From Hormiphora californensis (lineage: Eukaryota; Animalia; Ctenophora), in contig CM035353.1 of NCBI GenBank assembly GCA_020137815.1, positions 4,340,001 to 4,404,000 of the forward strand: 64,000 bases of DNA, written 5' to 3'. Positions 60,078-64,000 of this stretch are shown in pieces. Position 1 is the stretch's first letter; each line of letters begins with the position of its first letter. The notes beneath the pieces are model-generated. The model made no database searches, was not told the origin of the DNA, and saw only the letters and a program-made list of their open reading frames with translations. The translations under genes and the position numbers were made by a program.

Positions 60078-63000
60078 TCACCGCCGATACTTATAGTTTA
60101 TCTTGGCCTTATTCTCCAATCTTTTAGACCGCCTAGGTGGGGGACTAGGTAGTCTTGTTTCATCCGGTCCCTCGTCACGAAGTCTCTTTTCTTGTCTATT
60201 CTCTGTCTCTAAAACTTCCTCCATTTCCTCGTCCTCTGCATGGTCGCTCCTTCTTAGCACGTTCTCTCTATCTATGGTATTCAGTCTTTGGGCTATCGCC
60301 TGTATTTGTTGCCAATCAGGCTCCTCTTCTCTGGCTGTGGTCGCGCTTCAAATTTAGGCGGTTGCATGACTACCCTCGTTCCCTTTGTTGGGGTCGAGCT
60401 CTTTCGTATTCTCCAAACGTCGTTGCTTGTCTTGCTTTGGTAGTGTCCATGGTGCTATCTAGCCCTTGGTCTGTCCGCTCTCTGTCACTCGGTCTTGTTA
60501 AGGTTTCGACTCTGCCCGTCCATTTGTTTCTTCTCTAGCCTGATGGCCTGGTTGTTCAATTCCATTTATTCTTCTTCATATTGACGGTCTGTCTGTGGCC
60601 CTCTCACCCCGCTGACATCATGGACTATTCTCCATTGGACGCTCTGTCGGGGTCTTGCTGGTTTGATTTTCAGCGGAGTTTCAGTCCCTGTATTTGTACC
60701 CCCCTGGGGAGAGGGTTGGTACCTCCTGAGTGGCTTCTTTTCTCCTTTCCTTTCGGTACTTTCCAGGTGTAGAATGGTTGTGGGATCATCCATCAGAATT
60801 CGGCGTCCCCCTCTCATTTCATTCATTTTATCCCTCATATTTGTCAGCTGGAGGTACCTCTGGAAATATGGTGTTGGTATGCCCAACCCCATTCTAACAA
60901 TTCTTCTCTCTCTGTACATCTTCCTCGGAATATTTGTTAGTCCTTCTCCCAGGAGCTATCTGTGGGAGGTTCCAAATAGAGCTTTCTTGGGTTCCTCCCC
61001 TTTCTCCTCTGACCACGTTTTTTCCTGGTGGCGAGGCGTTAGGGGTTCTATTGGAGGGTCCCGGTCTCTCCACCCGTTGGTCGGAATTTGGTCTATGGCT
61101 ATCCCCCGGGGTTGTTCTCCTTGGCGTTCCTTGTCTGTTTTTGAGATGCTCTCCCTCCGGTGTTCTGTTATGTGGTTCTAGTCTATCTGGTTGTGAGTCT
61201 GATACCCTATGTACATCCTCATTTCCTATGGAAGTACCCAATGCCAAGGTTTTTGCTGCAGTTGTATATAGATCACGATCCGTCAGGTCCGTCTGTAGGT
61301 CCTGCTGTCTACTTGGGCTCCCTAGTTGACTTCTCCCTCTTCCTGGACTTGGTCTCCTAGTAGTTGGTACTGTCCAGCCACCTCACGCGGTGCTTGGTGT
61401 ATCTGACTACCCTTCCCTTGGTCTATTACCCGCTCTGCTACAGAATCCGCTATCCGTTCTCTCTGTTCTAAGCGGGGATCTAGTTTCCTCTGAGTGGGTC
61501 AGTTTGTTCTCTTAGATCTTCCCCTCCTTCTTCTTCTCCAAACTCTTCTTCAAAGGCCCGGGTTAACTCTTCCAGTATTCGAGTTCGCCATGGGGTTGAA
61601 ATTTGCGTTGACCCTTCACTCCGGGCTGTCCTATTGTTACCGTACTGGGGTGTTTTCCCCAGCTCTCTCCCGTGGCAATTCTCTTGGGTGGTATCTTGGG
61701 TAGTCTCTGGTGTGTTCTCTTGGGGGGACTCTTGTATGGTTTCGTGGGGGGACCCTTGTATTGTCTCTTGGGTGGTCTCTTTCCCTATCATTCGGAGGTG
61801 TCCTTATTTCCCCCATTGATATTCCAGAGTCTCTCGTATTGTTTTGAGGCCCCATTCCTGTTACAGCCTGATTTGCCTTCGCTTGAGCTCTTGTTACCCT
61901 TCGATCTCCTGCAGCATTTCCTCTATCTCGCTGTCGTCCTCAGGTTCTGTTTCTTCCTCCTCAGTTATGCTTGCTTCTGCGGTTTCCTGCTCTTGTTCTC
62001 CTAGATGTCCTCTCATTCCCTCGGGGATCTTCCTTAAGTGGTTTCGATGAACAACGTATTTACAGTCACCCGTTTTTCTTTTCCAATCCTGTATTCTTTG
62101 CACCAGAAAATCGTGCTGATCCCAAGCGTCAATTATAATGTATGGACCCTTAAAGTTAGTTACTAACTTGTAGTAATTATTAGATGTGTCTTTCGGCCTG
62201 TAGATCATCACTTTGTCTCCCACTGCTAGGCTCACGGCTTGTTTATTCCGGTCGTATATCCTTTTTGAAGACGGTGTGTCATTCTAGGTTGTTACCCGCC
62301 AATCGGAATATCTTTCTAAGTTCTTGGTACATGTCACTTGCCAGATGATGCTCACTCTCAAAGAACTTTGTGATCTGGTCTGGAATATGACATCATCCAA
62401 TCCAGTCATCTCTCTTCCGGTCATTAACCGGAAAGCTGAATACCCTGTGGACCTGTTTATCGCTGAGTTTACTGCTAATTGTAGTCGCGGTAGTGCTTGC
62501 CTCATTGTCCGGGATTATCCCCCACTGTTTCTGTAACAGATGTAGTAGCACCTTATTGAACCGCTCTGCTATTCCATTCTTCCTTGGGGATGGTACGGTG
62601 CACAGTACTTTTCTTCCCCTAAGAGAAATAGGTATTCATGACCTCCGCCGTTTTGAAAGTCGCAGCATTATCAGTTACTAAGATCTGGGGCGGTCCCCAG
62701 ATGCAAACGTAGTTATCTAGAAAGCTTTTGCTATGGTGGTAGCCTTCTCATTAGCGATGGGCACGAACACTACAATTTCTGTGAATTTGTCAACCATAGT
62801 AAGCACCTTGGAAATCTTCCCCTTTCGATATGTACCACGTCCATGTTAACACACATGCCTGGGTATTTATATGTGTATGGTTTCAACTCCGGTATGGGTT
62901 GTTTCCGGTAGTACTGGTTAGTCTTGAAGCAATCGCTGCAGGTCTTGCAGAACAATCGTACTTCTTCTTGCATATTAGGAAAATAGAACTTCTGTCTTAT

Positions 63001-63999
63001 TCTACTTTCGGTCTTCTCGGACGACTGGTGTGCTCCAGCCACTGTGTGGCTTGCCTCTATGACTTTGACTATTTGTGACTCTGGTACGCAAGTTAACCAG
63101 CGGAACTCTGTGAGTCCCGGGTTACCATATCTGATGCAAATGGTATCTTGATCCCCTATCTTCAGCCGACTCAGCTTGTTATAGTATTGTCGTTCCTGAG
63201 GTGGTAGCATGTTGGGATCTCCTGCTTTTTCCTCTTCTCTGATCCACTTGCGTACACTTTTAAAAGTAGGGTCTTCCTTAGACTCTCTCAAGAATTCCTC
63301 GTCTCCTATTACTTGGGCTGGTTTTGTTTCCTCACTCACTTGATTCACAACTTTAGACTTATCTTCTTCTTCTTTACCCGCTACTGCATCCTGGATTCCT
63401 TGCTTGATGTAATCGTATAGCCCTGATGAAGACTGAGGCAAGGCTGGTCTGCTCAGAAAATCAGAGACCACGTTCTCTTTCCCTGGTACGAACTTGATAT
63501 CAAACTCGTACTCCGACAATTCCATACTCCATCGGATTATAGCATTGGCCGTTGATTTCTTTAGGAAAGTCCCGAAACTCATGGCTTTGCAATCGGTCTG
63601 CAGAACAAACCTTCTCCCATATAGATAGAATCTCATCCGGGTTATCGCCCAGTATGCAGCGTAGAATTCTTTCACGAAAGATGGCCAGTGTAATTGTGAG
63701 GGGTTGAATACTTTAGATCCATAATGGATGGGATGCATTTTTCCATCGTCTGATTCCTGCATCAAACAGAACCCCATACAGTATCCTGATGCGTCCGTAA
63801 ATATATTGAGCGTCTTGTTAGGATCCGCCCAAACCAAGCAGGGCGGGTTCGTCAGGGCGGTTTTCACGGCCTCGAAGCTGTTTTTAGCTTCCTCCCCAAA
63901 TTCAAACTTTTCCGATCCTTGGAGTAGCGAGGTTAGGGCTTTAGCTTTTTCTGCGAATTTAGGTACGAACTCCCTAAAATACCCAGCTAATCCCAACAC
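60078..63999 (-). CDS. pol: Gypsy pol 3' half: RT thumb, RNase H, integrase (HHCC, core, GPY) and long low-complexity tail; frameshifted after 62770
   Basis: LGLAGYFREFV, FTDAS, LQTDCK, VPGKENVVSDFLSR, H..AGAH..CKTC, FKGPY, terminal RRSKRL..KINY. Confidence 0.95.
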
Positions 64000-64000
64000 T

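Overview
Eukaryotic (probably invertebrate animal) repeat-dense DNA with no recognisable single-copy host gene, rRNA, tRNA or CRISPR. It is a nested, fragmented pile of Gypsy/Metaviridae-type LTR retroelements, four solo LTRs with target-site duplications, several MITE/foldback DNA transposons and a 5'-inverted Penelope-like end with a hammerhead ribozyme. The unusual part is the retroelement cargo. (1) One family can be reconstructed as LTR-PBS-acidic ORF-antisense bZIP-like ORF-U1-type Zn-finger ORF-ORF0-gag (4 CCHC)-pol-extra ORFs-PPT-LTR, resembling a complex retrovirus. (2) Five pieces of terminal nucleotidyltransferase (TENT/Trf4/Cid1-like) genes occur, mostly missed by the ORF track; some have GT-AG introns and two are fused to an LTR terminus. 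(3) One element appears to carry two unrelated fusogens in tandem (class III-like then class I F-like). (4) A Cys/His repeat-domain family that I cannot assign recurs many times. Many frameshifts are single-base deletions that may be consensus errors, and abrupt junctions may be partly assembly artefacts, so reconstructions across junctions are inference.
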